NCBI GenBank assembly: GCA_036867785.1
Contig: CP145413.1
Span: forward strand, 992,001 to 1,056,000
Origin: Plasmodiophora brassicae
Taxonomy: Eukaryota
Direction of reading: 5' to 3'
DNA: 64,000 nucleotides
Shown: positions 52,147 through 63,253 of the stretch, piece by piece
Position numbering within the stretch: position 1 is the first letter of the stretch
Layout: each line of letters starts with the position of its first letter
The notes under the pieces: model-generated
Databases searched by the model: none
What the model was told of the DNA's origin: nothing
What the model saw: only the letters and a program-made list of their open reading frames with translations
Translations under genes and position numbers: made by a program

Positions 52147-53726
52147 TCAGACAGTGTCCTTGTTCCCTGACCGTAGAGCCAGCCAGGAGTTGTGCGTCTC
52201 TTCGATGATCGACACCGCATAATCCTGTCCCAATCGTGTGTCAGCAGTACCGAGCAAAGCGACCAGTGAACACGCAGCGGACCTTGGGCATGAACTCTTC
52301 GTCCAGGGCGAACGAGTTCTCGGGTTTGCCTTCTAGAGTCTTGTAGACGCGCAGGTACTCACGGATGGCGTGAACGGCGCCAGGAACCTTTTGCTGCACG
52401 TCGTCGATATCGTTTAGTTCACCGGCAAGCGGGTCATTGATCTAAAACCGCAATTCATAAGGGATACCAACGACGAGCCCGTCGAGGATACCTGAATTGC
52501 TAGAACCTTCCAATCCGTTTCATTGTCGTCGATCAACGCGAGAATGCCGAGGACCTTGACAGGCGCAACCTCGCCGGTCTGCATTTGCTTCGTGCCGATC
52601 TCGATGACATCAATCGGGTCATTGTCGCCAGACTTTTGAGTGTCAGGATGAACCAATTTCGGGTCTTCCCACGTCTGCGGAAACGCTCCATAATTGAACA
52701 TCATGTCGCCCCACTTGTAGAAACGCAGCTGGCCGTTCTTGACATCCTGCTTGATCGGGTTGAACAATTCCCCCGTTGCAATTTCGTATTTCGCTCTTGT
52801 CCACTTTGGGATTTCACATATGAACTAAACAGACGTAAGACCGTGCGAAACGAACACATACCAGCAAGTTACGTTAAAGATCTTGGCGTGTTGTCCAGTC
52901 CCCAGGTTGAACAGCGGAATGTCATGCCAAGGCGAGATCTGCTTGAGGACGTTGTTCTTTTGTTTGTAGTAGAATTTCACCCTGAAGCGCCTGGATCCCG
53001 GCTGCCCAACCTGTTGCGTCTGGATCTTGGTAATATCAAACCCGCTTGAGTCTTCCAGCTTGGCTCGGAGCAATTTGAACCTTTGCCGGTAGTTGTCCGC
53101 ATTGTCAAAATCCTTATGTTTATTCTCCCACCATTCTCTGAGAACGTCACTTCAGAATAAACGGACAGAAAGCAACAGGAACAAAACGACCTGAATTGCC
53201 TGAACGTCACCATTCCTGTTCGCGCGGGATCTAGGATTGCCATCGCCTGAGCCGCCTCCTCATCCGTCAGAGGTTCGCCCAGCTTGCTGTGAACTAGCGA
53301 TATATCTTGGATGGTCAGAGCGCCGCTTCCGGTGGCGTCGAAGCACTTTAGGCATACAGTCAGAATTGCAGGTACTAATGGACATGTAACGTCATACATC
53401 GAATACAGCCTTCAAAGTCTCAATCTCAGCAATGGTAAGCGTCGACTTCGACGTCTCGTCGAAGCTGCCGTTTCTTTCGGGCAACGTCTTTTGCAGACGT
53501 TCATTAGCTTCCCGTAAATGTCTGCATTCTCTTCTGACGCGCTCCAGTTCACGTTCTGCCAGCCAAATTTTTCAGATAAAAGAACCGTTGCTGATAAATG
53601 AGGGTACACACCAAACAATGATCGCGAATTTCTCGATCGGCTCACCAACAGCGCGGTGACGGCGGCGGCAGCGGCCGCCGATCCACAGCAGGCCAGGATC
53701 AGGCCGGACCTGTCACCCTGCGTCAT
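52147..53726 (-). CDS. Soluble inorganic pyrophosphatase with N-terminal EF-hands (VSP1/acidocalcisomal type)
   Basis: ISPWHDIPL, ICEIPKWTRAKYEIATGELFNPIKQD, NYGAFPQTWE, GDNDPIDVIEIG, DNETDWK. EF-hands FDATGSGALTIQD and LDPARTGMVTFRQF; hydrophobic N-terminus. Confidence 0.88.
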
Positions 53727-54266
53727 CCGATCAACGCGACTGCCAGCTCTGTGCCTCGATGCAAAGCGCAACCACCCGGTCCCTGCGACAGCAGCAGCTG
53801 CAGCCTGCACCACACACAGCACAATGCCGCCCGCAGACGACTCAGCCCGTCAAGCCGTCAAGCCGTCAAGGCGCTAAGAATAGGTGGCCCCTGCGACGAG
53901 AAACGGCGGCCTGCGCGTAGCATCCCGCGACACGTGCCAGGCTCTGTTATTTAATTTTTAGACATGACCAGTGTCCTTTTCATTTCGAGAATGGATGAAA
54001 GACTACTTGGTGATCAGGTCTTCAGCATAGCTTCGAGAATCCGACTGTCTTAATAGACCTGTGAAACAGAGTCCCGGTGCGTGGGCCACGGACAGTGTTA
54101 ACTGATACCCCCTTTTTGTTCGGGTCGATATGTGTGTCATATTCTACCAAGTAAGTCGTCACGTGCGAAGCACGTTTCTCGTCGCAATCTGTATGGCAGC
54201 AAGCGGCTGGGTCGAAAATAACCATCCGGACGCAGAGCCGTCGTTGTCAGCGTCGGAGTTTGGTTG

Positions 54267-55864
54267 ATGGCTGGCCCAGGGCAGGGCAGGACGATCCGCC
54301 TGATCAACGTGCGCATCGTCCGTCATGGGCGGATCGTGGAGGGTCCGGGGACAGAGCTCTGGGTCCAGAACGGGAAGGTCTCCCCGCCTTCGACGTGGAT
54401 GCGTTCCTCGCTGAGTATACGACCTGCAGATCATTGACCATTACAAGCGATGGTGGTCCAGCAAGGACAACAGCGAGTATGCCGCCGACATCGTCATCGA
54501 TGGCCAGAACGCAATAGTTGCACCAGGCTTCATCGATGTACAGATCAATGGCGCTTATGGTATTCGTCGATGTTCACCTGCAATCTCACCTGAGTGTCCA
54601 ACTTCGTTCTCTAGGCGTCAGCTTCAGTGAGCCCAGTGTTTCAGCGGACGACGTCCATCATGTCGGCCGCTGTCTTCTTCGTCACGGCGTAACGAGTTTC
54701 GTGCCAACTGTCGTGTCCAGCATACCCGATGTCTATGCTGCCGTGCTGCCCAAACTTCGGCCATACTCTGGGTCGCCATCGGCAGGTGCCACTCTTCTCG
54801 GTGTACATCTCGAAGGTTCTTCGCCGTTCAGCGCAATGCTCCATCCGCCTAATTGTTTTCATCAGGGCCGTTCATTAACACGGCTCAGCATGGAGCACAT
54901 GATCCGGCTATCCTGCGTAATCCAACAAATGGAATGGCGAGGTATACTTGGCGTTGTCGGCAATGAAACGTCGTCGTATCCTCAATGTGGGGTTTTCAGT
55001 TTGATGGAAGTCTACGGTCGCGATCTTAGCGACATCGCGATTATGACGATGGCCATCGAGCTGCCTGGTGCAATCGAGGCCATGGCGGAGACGCGAAAGG
55101 CGTTCCCTAATATTGCGTTCTCTATCGGCCATAGTGTGGCGACCATCGAGGACTGTCGGTTGGCCATCGAGGCTGGCGCTGTACGCGCATTGGCTTGAAG
55201 TTTACATGGATGATTTGTTGAATCGTGTTTCTGCAGACTTGTGTGACTCACCTGTTTAACGCCATGCAAAACTTTCATCATCGCAACCCGTGCATCATTG
55301 GAACGCTGGCACCGGGAGAGCATCGCATCCCGTTCTACGGTAGACCGGGCGGTTCGTGTTATCGACGATTTCCGGACTAATCGCTCGCTAGGTCTGATAT
55401 GTGATGGTGTGCATACGCATGCGTCTGCAGTAGCGATGGCGTACAAGACCCACCCGACAGGGGCGATCCTCGTGACAGATGCGATATCGGCAATGGGGAT
55501 GGCAGCGAGCACGGCGTCCTCACCTACCAGGCTGGGAACCAAGCCCTTGGAAGTTTCGACGTCGCAAGTGGTGATCGCTGGCACCAATTGCCTGGCTGGT
55601 TCCGTTGGGACGTTCGACGGCGGCCTTCGGCGCTTCAAGAAGTACACCGCTTGCACCACCGTGGAGGCCATCGACTGCGCCACACTTCACCCTGCACAAC
55701 TGCTCGGCATCTCGAATCGGAAAGGCGTCCTTGATGTCGGCTGCGACGCTGACTTCGTCCTGTTGGATGACGACCTGAATGTCCTGGAGACCTATATCGC
55801 CGGCGAACTGGCCTGGTCTTCAACCCAGCTCCCCGTCGTGAACGGTGTCTGCCAAAGGAAATGA
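54267..55864 (+). CDS. nagA: N-acetylglucosamine-6-phosphate deacetylase
   Basis: APGFIDVQINGAYG, HGVTSFVPT, LGVHLEG/PF, SIGHS, THLFNAM, LVTDA, LAGS, ATLHPA, DADFVLLD. Confidence 0.93.
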
Positions 55865-56123
55865 ACCATCTGGCAACCTTGACCTTTGTGCTTCTGACTT
55901 CTCGAACGCTAGCTTGAAGAGAGAGGCTGCTCGCTACTTCGTAGCTGGTCAGGAACCGTCAATCTACATATGTCTGAACGTAGGCGAGGCGTATGCAACC
56001 CAGCCAATCGCCTCTGGGCTGGATTTCCCTTTCTAAACGGGCGTTATCAATGCCGAGATCAATGTCGGAATCGATCACTGGGGCTACCCGGCATCAGGTG
56101 GGTGTTCACGGTATCAGTGTAAT

Positions 56124-56459
56124 ATGCTGGTGGCGGTGGTCACCAGCATGCTGGTCTTGTTATCATGTCCAGGGTCCTGCAGTCGGGCCACCCGCGGGCG
56201 GCCTGCTTTGATGCGGGGCGCGTCGATTTCGGTACAGGGCGACAACACTTCGACCTGGATCTCGTCAGCGTGCGTCGGCGTCATCGTCGCCTGCACCGCT
56301 CTCTATACCGCTGTTGCCATCTGGAACAGCAGCCAGCTGTCCCGCGGCGTCCCTCTACGATTGTCCTTGCACGACGGTTTCGAATCCGAGACCATCGTCA
56401 CGTTCGGCGCCAACGCCACCACGCGGGTCATGCAGCCACCGGATGAAGATGTGCGATAG
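56124..56459 (+). CDS. Small hypothetical membrane protein
   Basis: 111-aa ORF with signal-like N-terminus and one TM segment. Confidence 0.35.
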   Translation: MLVAVVTSMLVLLSCPGSCSRATRGRPALMRGASISVQGDNTSTWISSACVGVIVACTALYTAVAIWNSSQLSRGVPLRLSLHDGFESETIVTFGANATTRVMQPPDEDVR

Positions 56460-56630
56460 CAGATGAGCGCGACAACATTGCACCAACTTAATATAAGTAT
56501 ACTGTACACAATATTCTGCCTGCGTCCGTGAGAAACATGTGTAGGTAGAAGAGGGCAGCGTTAGTGGACCGTTTTGGGGGGTTTGCTCATGAAGCAAGCC
56601 CTTCGTCGATGCCATTTTGATTTGTGCGTC

Positions 56631-56885
56631 ATGGGCATGACGTCGCGTACAGCGTGGCCGCGTGTCTTGGGTGGGTGGGCCCTGGCGGCGGGCGTCGTGG
56701 CGGCTTGGTGCTGGGCGGACGGTACATTCAGGACGACCAAGGTCGAGACCATGTCGGATACGGAGATCGCCGACTGGAACGCGCGAATCAAGGCCAAATA
56801 TCCGCAGGCCAATGTCAAAGGTAGTACTGCTGCGCCCGTACCATTCATTACACTTCAGCGTTGTCTGAACCTGCTTACTATGTAG
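56631..56885 (+). CDS. Small single-TM hypothetical protein
   Basis: WALAAGVVAAWCW helix followed by MSDTEIADWNARIK; likely a terminal intron. Confidence 0.45.
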   Translation: MGMTSRTAWPRVLGGWALAAGVVAAWCWADGTFRTTKVETMSDTEIADWNARIKAKYPQANVKGSTAAPVPFITLQRCLNLLTM

Positions 56886-56991
56886 TGCAATAAAGTATAT
56901 CGAAATGCATTAACAAGTCTGGGTCATAGAAGTCAACCCAGGACAGGGTCCCCAAGCTGTTTACTGAACGGGCACGGATGCAAAGATTCCG

Positions 56992-57900
56992 CTACATCAA
57001 GTATGCACTCTCGTGAAGCACGCCGATGAATTTCAATGTTCGGTACGCCTCGTTGAAGTCCATACCATATCCGACGACGAACTCATCCGGGCATTCCCAT
57101 CCGACGTAGTCAATCGGCACATGGGTCTTGCGTTTCACCTAACATGGACGTGTCAGGCATCACCAATGTAGTCGCAAAGGAGACTCGGCCTTAACCGTTT
57201 TGTCAAGAAGGCAGGCGATCTTGATGGACTTCGCGCCACAGTCGGAGAGGTGTGATCTGACCCATTGCAAGGTCGTTCCCGTGTCGATAAGGTCCTCCAG
57301 CAACAGGACGTGACGGTCGCGAAGCGTGACCTCGGCAGCTTTCACAAGTCTCACCTAGCGTACAGTCAGGACACGATTCCATTTCTACGTTGTCGCAACG
57401 TACATTTCCAGTACTATTTGTGCCATGATACGAGGAAACACGAATGAAGTCAATCTCGTTCGCAACCGTTAGCGAACGCGCCAGATCGGCCGTGAACATA
57501 ACTGCACCATTCATCAAACCGATCACGACGATCCGTTCGTCGCCTTCAAGAACACGCCCATAATCTACAGAGACATACCACTTATCAGCCTCTAGAAGTC
57601 GGAACGATTCCATGATAAAGTGTCGATAATCGACCTTCGCTGATCTCATGTGCCATTTCTGCGATGCGGTTCTTAATGACATCGTCCGTCCACAGCACCT
57701 TTTTGATATTCCGCCCCCATTGCTGTGGGCATTGATTGACCCTGCCGGACGGTCATAAAGCTGGCTGTATTCCCGAAAAACAAATCCACATACAATGCCG
57801 GGCGCGATTCCTCGGTGGATCCGTCACGATCAGCAGAACGGCTGACCATCGCCAGCACTGCTGTAATAACAAACGCAGCCGTCCACAGGCGGGTGATCAT
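56992..57900 (-). CDS. HPRT: Hypoxanthine-guanine phosphoribosyltransferase
   Basis: [63 protein letters not shown]. Confidence 0.93.
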
Positions 57901-58269
57901 CCGTTGCGACGAGGAGTCGACGAAGGGGCCCTGTCCAACAAGTGCGGAACTGCGCAAGGTCGCCAAAGGTCAATGGGGGCCCTGTATGCGGCTCTAACTC
58001 TGGTGCCAGAGCCCAGATGTGCAGAACCGCCGTACAACAAGCGCCCGCGGCCCGCGCGCGATTAAAGGAAACATGACAGCCGCGCCTGAATTTTAGGCGT
58101 AGCGCGGCGGAAAGCATACGAGTTCCGCAACGAGCTTTGTACCAGCATTTTTTCTTCTGCCTGACGCGTCGAGGCTTTCGTACATGAACACGTTTTGGTC
58201 CACGGCGAGGTTTAGTACTCGTCCAGTAGCCATGATATATAGCCGGCCCATTTCACAGCTACACGAAAC

Positions 58270-58416
58270 AAAACGTCATGTCTTGTGGCGCGCGCGTGCA
58301 CAGTGGACGGATGCACGGTTACCATTCGTTTCCATGACTTGTTGACTCGTTCAGAAGAGGTACTAAACCGCGACGAGGAATTTTTGGTTGTGGCATATTA
58401 GGGCACATGCCGTAGA
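58270..58416 (+). ncRNA. Candidate Sm-class small RNA (unassigned)
   Basis: TATA-like atatata at 58235; hairpins at 58275-58338 and 58346-58377; AATTTTTGG at 58379-58387; terminal stem at 58389-58414. Confidence 0.3.
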
Positions 58417-59135
58417 GCAAGGCTGGCTCGCAGGCTCGGACTTCAGGACGCCGTGAGCTGTGGTCGAGGGTGCCGTAATTTCCGCCCTAACGTTACGGCG
58501 GAGTCCCCATACAACTGCGTGGCAAAATCAGTGACGCAGTTTGGCTCACGATCACAGCGACAGCAGCGTCCCGATGTGTCCGCGTGGAACTGAAAGGCAC
58601 GCGGGTAGGAGCGATCCGCAGCTCAGCCCGCAGGCGCGGTAGGCGATCTTGCGGCAGCGGCACCACTCTGCAGAGCTGCACTGCCCCCAACGGGGTCCGC
58701 CACGGGGTCCATACTGAGGGCAACATGTAGCTGGCCGTGGCACACTCGTTAGCAGCCCGTTTTAAATGAAAGTTTCATTGTTGAATCGCCCGTCGTGCAC
58801 TCCAATGCACTGTCCGACTCCCACCGTACGGAATCGTTCAACGATTACCATCTGCTGGGCTCGAATCCGCACGACAACGGCAGAAGTCGTGCGTAAATCC
58901 TGTGATCATCCTCATATGCAGAGCATTCGCGCATCACTGGTCAAGGCAGCCAACCTCATCGCTTTGATCCGTGAATACAATACTCGCCCCGATAAGATCC
59001 GGTTCTCTCGAGCCATTCACCGACGTACTGTGGGGCACAACCAGCAAGCGCTTGTCGTCTGTTCGTGGGACGTCGGTGAATGGCGCGAGCCCTGACAACA
59101 ACGGGTTTTATAAGGACGCGTACTGTATTGACTGC

Positions 59136-60424
59136 TCAAGCGATGCGGTTAGCGCCCTTTTCAAGCCATCCGGCTATCGAACATGCGGTCGTCAATCGTG
59201 TCCCGGCTTGGGACGACGCCCAGTCGATGAGCCCCGTTTCCGCGGCCACCGACATCCTCTGGACTGTCTCCAGCCATGCGAGAATGTCTTCGGTGCCGCG
59301 GTTCGGGCGCGGCGGTACTGGTTCCCCGATGACCTCACGCATCAGGTCGAACAGGCGACAAGCCCGTGCCCTGTTGCGGCTTGCACGCTTGCGTAGCTGC
59401 TGCGGGACAGAGTCTCGCAGCTTCCCATGGAGTAGCCCCGTTGTGCAGCACGCGACAAACAGGTTTCGCAACGAAACGTTGGCGAACGTTTCTGCGTATT
59501 CCATTGGAAACACGTTCGTCCACGGCTGCAGGACGTGCGCGGTCGTTGTGGTTGGCCGAATCGTGGTGGTAAGATACCCCGTTGTCGGCTGCCCGGCATC
59601 TGCTAGCTGACGATTGCCGTTGAGGCCCTCGGCAATCAGAGCTCCCAACCGTTGCTCCATCCCGGCCAGATGTCGACACCGAACATCAATGGCATCCAGT
59701 CTGGCCAGGATGGACTGGGCCGACGTGGACAGGGTGTCGACGTCATTGACGGAAGTGCCAGCTGACGACTGCAGCGTTGGCGGCGGTGCGCTTGTTAGCA
59801 GACTTGCGTCCACTGATTCGACCTGAACACTGGTTGAGCGTACTCGTTCAAAGATAACCGCGGGCTGGTGAATACCTGTGAAGCGACCCACATCGCGCGC
59901 AAGTAGTCGCTGATTCCCCCGATCACTTGACCCGACTGGACACGCGCCTTCGTCACGTCGCTGACCAGCCGGCTGGCGTTACGCGACCACTCGTGCGGCG
60001 ACAACCAGCCGCAGTCCGCCATGATGTCCCGGCAGCGGTAGACCATGTCCACGTGAATCTGGGACAGGTACTGGGTGAGTGTTCCGGGCCGGACGGGAAT
60101 GCCGGTCCGGCACCACGCCAGGAATCGCTCGAACAGATAGCGACCGCGTTGGCCTTTAACGTCCGCGTCGCACATCGACACGTACGTTTCTGGCGCCTCC
60201 CGTCCTGCTCCGCTTTGATTATTGCATGCGCTGGGACACCGGCACATAATAGGTCCCGTACCTTCTGTGCGCTCTCGCACCAGGAAGCGATCGAAATGGT
60301 TCCTGGCCGTCTCGAACGTGTCCTGGCCGTCGGGGCGCGATGGCCAGAGTTGGCCAGGCGCAGGGGGTGCTTGTGGTTGCCAGGAAGCCTCGGCGTCAGA
60401 TGTGGCCTTGCGTTTCCGCGACAT
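59136..60424 (-). CDS. Spliced gene resembling Crypton (tyrosine-recombinase transposon) N- and C-terminal regions, without the catalytic core
   Basis: TFETARNHFDRFL...LFERFLAW...PGTLTQYLSQIH resembles an integrase core-binding domain; phase-0 intron joins VASQ to VESV; NLS-like MSRKRK. Confidence 0.45.
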
Positions 60425-60614
60425 CTCTTTTCCGTATGGAAGCCGGAGTTGCTCCTCTGTGACTTCGAGCGTGGTGGTGGTGGTGCCCGCGTGCGTGAAC
60501 GGCTTGCTGCAGTGCTCGGTCCCGGTGTGACGGGCAAGGAAGGAGCCGCCGCACGAAGAAGAAAGTAGCCTTGCCTGCAGGAAGACCGCCGCAACCAAGA
60601 GTGACGTGCAGCAA

Positions 60615-60662
60615 GAAGCCCCACCAGAAGCCCCACCGGAAGCCCCACCGGAAGCCCCACCG
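60615..60662. repeat. 12-bp tandem repeat x4 (GAAGCCCCACCR)
   Basis: Read directly from the sequence. Confidence 0.95.
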
Positions 60663-60919
60663 AGCGCCCTTTTCCTGATAAAACCGGTACCGAGGGGTTT
60701 AGCGCGTGTTCGTGGGAGTTGATGGAAGTTCGTACCTAGAGAAATTTATGCCGAAGTTCGTAAGCTCGGGCGAACGTTTTTCTTTTCGTGTGTACTTACC
60801 GGCGGGTCGTCAGTCGTGGTCAACTCTGTAGGTGATCATTGGAAAATTGCCGTGCCGAACCCCGTCACAGGTGGGCGGTAAGGCGACACGAGGCCCACTG
60901 CGCGATCGGGCGTGGCGTC

Positions 60920-62189
60920 ATGGGTCAGGTCGTGTCGACGCAGGAATTCCGGTGTGTGTGCATGCGCGTTTGGGGCAATCTGGGATACGCTGATGGTGTT
61001 GCCGGTACAGGCGTGTTGGAGAAGATGAACCGCATCGCTCACGTTCGTCACAGGTTTGGGCTCGTTGAATTCGCGCTTGCTGATCTCGTTCAACAGGTCG
61101 TCGTGAAATCCTCAAGAAATATCCAGAGATCAGGAATTTATTTGGACCTGACATTCGTGTTTTCTATGCCGTTCTCGTTCTGGTCGTTATGCAGATCGCG
61201 ATTGCAACGCAAGCGGCCAACATGCCGACCTGGGCATTCCTTCTTCTAGCGTACGTCGTCGGGGGCACCGTCAATCATTCGTTAAGCCTGGCAAACCATG
61301 AACTCTCCCACAACCTGGCGTTCCATACGCCCATCTTCAATGAGCTCCTATCGATTGTCAGGTACGTTTGGTTTTGTGACCCGCTCCCTGTAGTATCTCA
61401 TGGATTCGCGTTTGTAGCAATCTCGCTCATGGGCTACCATCTGGGATCACGTTCAAACGATACCATCTGGAGCACCATTATTATCAGGGCACCGATGGTG
61501 TCGACACTGACATCCCGTCCGAGCTGGAAGGGCGCATCTTCAACACGACCTTCCGCAAGCTGATCTGGGTGCTTCTCCAGCCCCTCTTCTATGCATTACG
61601 TCCGGTGTTCACGAAACCGTTGACGCCGATCGCACTCGAGGTCGTCAATTTCGCAGTCGTCCTGCTGTTTGATTACGCCATGTGGGTGAACTTCACGGGC
61701 TGGTCAGTTGCCTACCTGGTCGTATCCACACTCCTCGGTATGGGCGTGCACCCGGTTGCAGGGCACTTCATCGCCGAGCACTATCAGTTTATCCAGGGGC
61801 AGGAGGTCTGGTCCCCGATGTTCGTTTGTTCGGTCTTCGTTTCTGATTCGTATTGCAGACGTACTCTTATTACGGTCCACTGAACTATCTGGTCCGTTCA
61901 TCACCGCTGCCGTCCGTCTGGCTAACCTCTGAGTCTGTCGGTTTGTCAGTGCTTCAATGTTGGGTACCACAACGAGCATCACGATTTCCCGAAGATCTCG
62001 GGGTTCCGTCTGCCGTTGGTGAGTAAGATCGCCCCAGAGTTCTACGACTCGCGCTGGAAGAACTGGGACGGCGAGGGTCTCGTCATTCACGATTCCTGGA
62101 CCCGCGTGATCTACGACTACATCACTATGCCGAACATGGGCCCGTTCTCCCGCATCAAACGCACCTGCGAAACCAAGAAGGCCGCCTGA
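60920..62189 (+). CDS. DEGS1: Sphingolipid delta-4 desaturase (DES1)
   Basis: MGQ start, EPHRSR/RREILKKYPEI; His boxes HELSHN, YHLEHH and HNEHHDFP; HPVAGHFIAEHY. Confidence 0.95.
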
Positions 62190-62280
62190 TATCCAATGCA
62201 CACATTGTGCCGTACTAGTCCCACTCGCTGGTACTTCGATCTAATAACGGCAATAGGGTGTGCATCATGATCAGGATTCG

Positions 62281-63038
62281 TTAGTCGTCTGCCGAGAATG
62301 ATGCTGGGGCCACTTTGGATACCTTCTTCTTCAGCTCGCTGTGCAGATCGGCTAGTTCCTTGCTAGGGCGTTTCGGCATGACGACTGCCAGTGTGTGCTC
62401 CTGGCCTCGGCTCTCCACAGTCTTCTTCAGCTCATCGAGGAGTTTCTTCGGTGGCGTTGGGTGGTCGGGTTCCAGGCGCGCCACTTTCGCCGGTGACCCG
62501 TGCGACTGATCGTCCGCCTTGCGTTTGTTCTGCTTGAGCTCCAGGTGGATCTGCTTCATCTGTGGCGTCGGCTTGTGCAGCTGCGGGGGCGGTGACCTGC
62601 TCGCCACTGCCTGTTTCAGCTCAACAGCGATCGGTGCCGGCAGCGTATGACGCTGTGGACTCCCTGCCGCTCCCGCGTTCTTCTGTGGAGTGCCTGGCGA
62701 AGCGGCCGCCTTCTTCGGGCTGGCGGCAGGCTTCTTCGAGGGGCTTCTGGGCGGGTTCGCTGGAGCCGCCTTCTTCGGGCTGGCGGCATGTTTCTTCGCG
62801 GGGCTTCTGGGTGGGCTCATTGCCGCCTTCTTCGGGCTCGAGCTGGTCGCCGCGTCACCGACCTTCAGCAGCTCTTTGACGATGTCGGCCGTCTGCAGAT
62901 ACAGGTCTCGGTTAGGGCAGGGAGTGACAGGCCGGCACCATCGCGTACCTTTTGGTTCGCTTTGATATCGTGCTTCTTGGCGAGATCCTGCAGATCCCGT
63001 CGCGCCATACCCTCCAGGGCTTCTTTCGTGTACCCCAT
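62281..63038 (-). CDS. SAP/NuSAP-like N-terminus plus SPKK-repeat basic protein
   Basis: EALEGMARRDLQDLAKKHDIKANQK, intron, TADIVKELL; repeated SPKKAA and PPRSP. Confidence 0.65.
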
Positions 63039-63253
63039 CGAGCGCTTGACAAGTGTTTGGCCGGCCAGCCCGCGTGTTCGTAGTCCAGCAGGCAGGCAGA
63101 CAGTCGTTTCGCACTGGCACTGTCGCAAGGCGCAGCCCACGCTGCCAGTGACAGGAGGCTCGGCTAGCCGAGCAACGTTACGATGCGTCGAAGCGGCGGT
63201 TACTTGCACAGAAAGCCAACGGTGATCCCCATGTATTGATGAACAAGTCAAAT

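Noticed and set aside
60615-60662. Tandem 12-mer as a CRISPR array or telomere
   Set aside because: No spacers, no cas genes, eukaryotic context, and not a telomeric unit.
60793-60803. tacttaccgg resembling the U1 snRNA 5' end
   Set aside because: No downstream U1 loops or Sm site.
44033-62189. ORMDL, DEGS1 and seipin as a lipid gene cluster
   Set aside because: They are 16-24 kb apart and separated by many unrelated genes.
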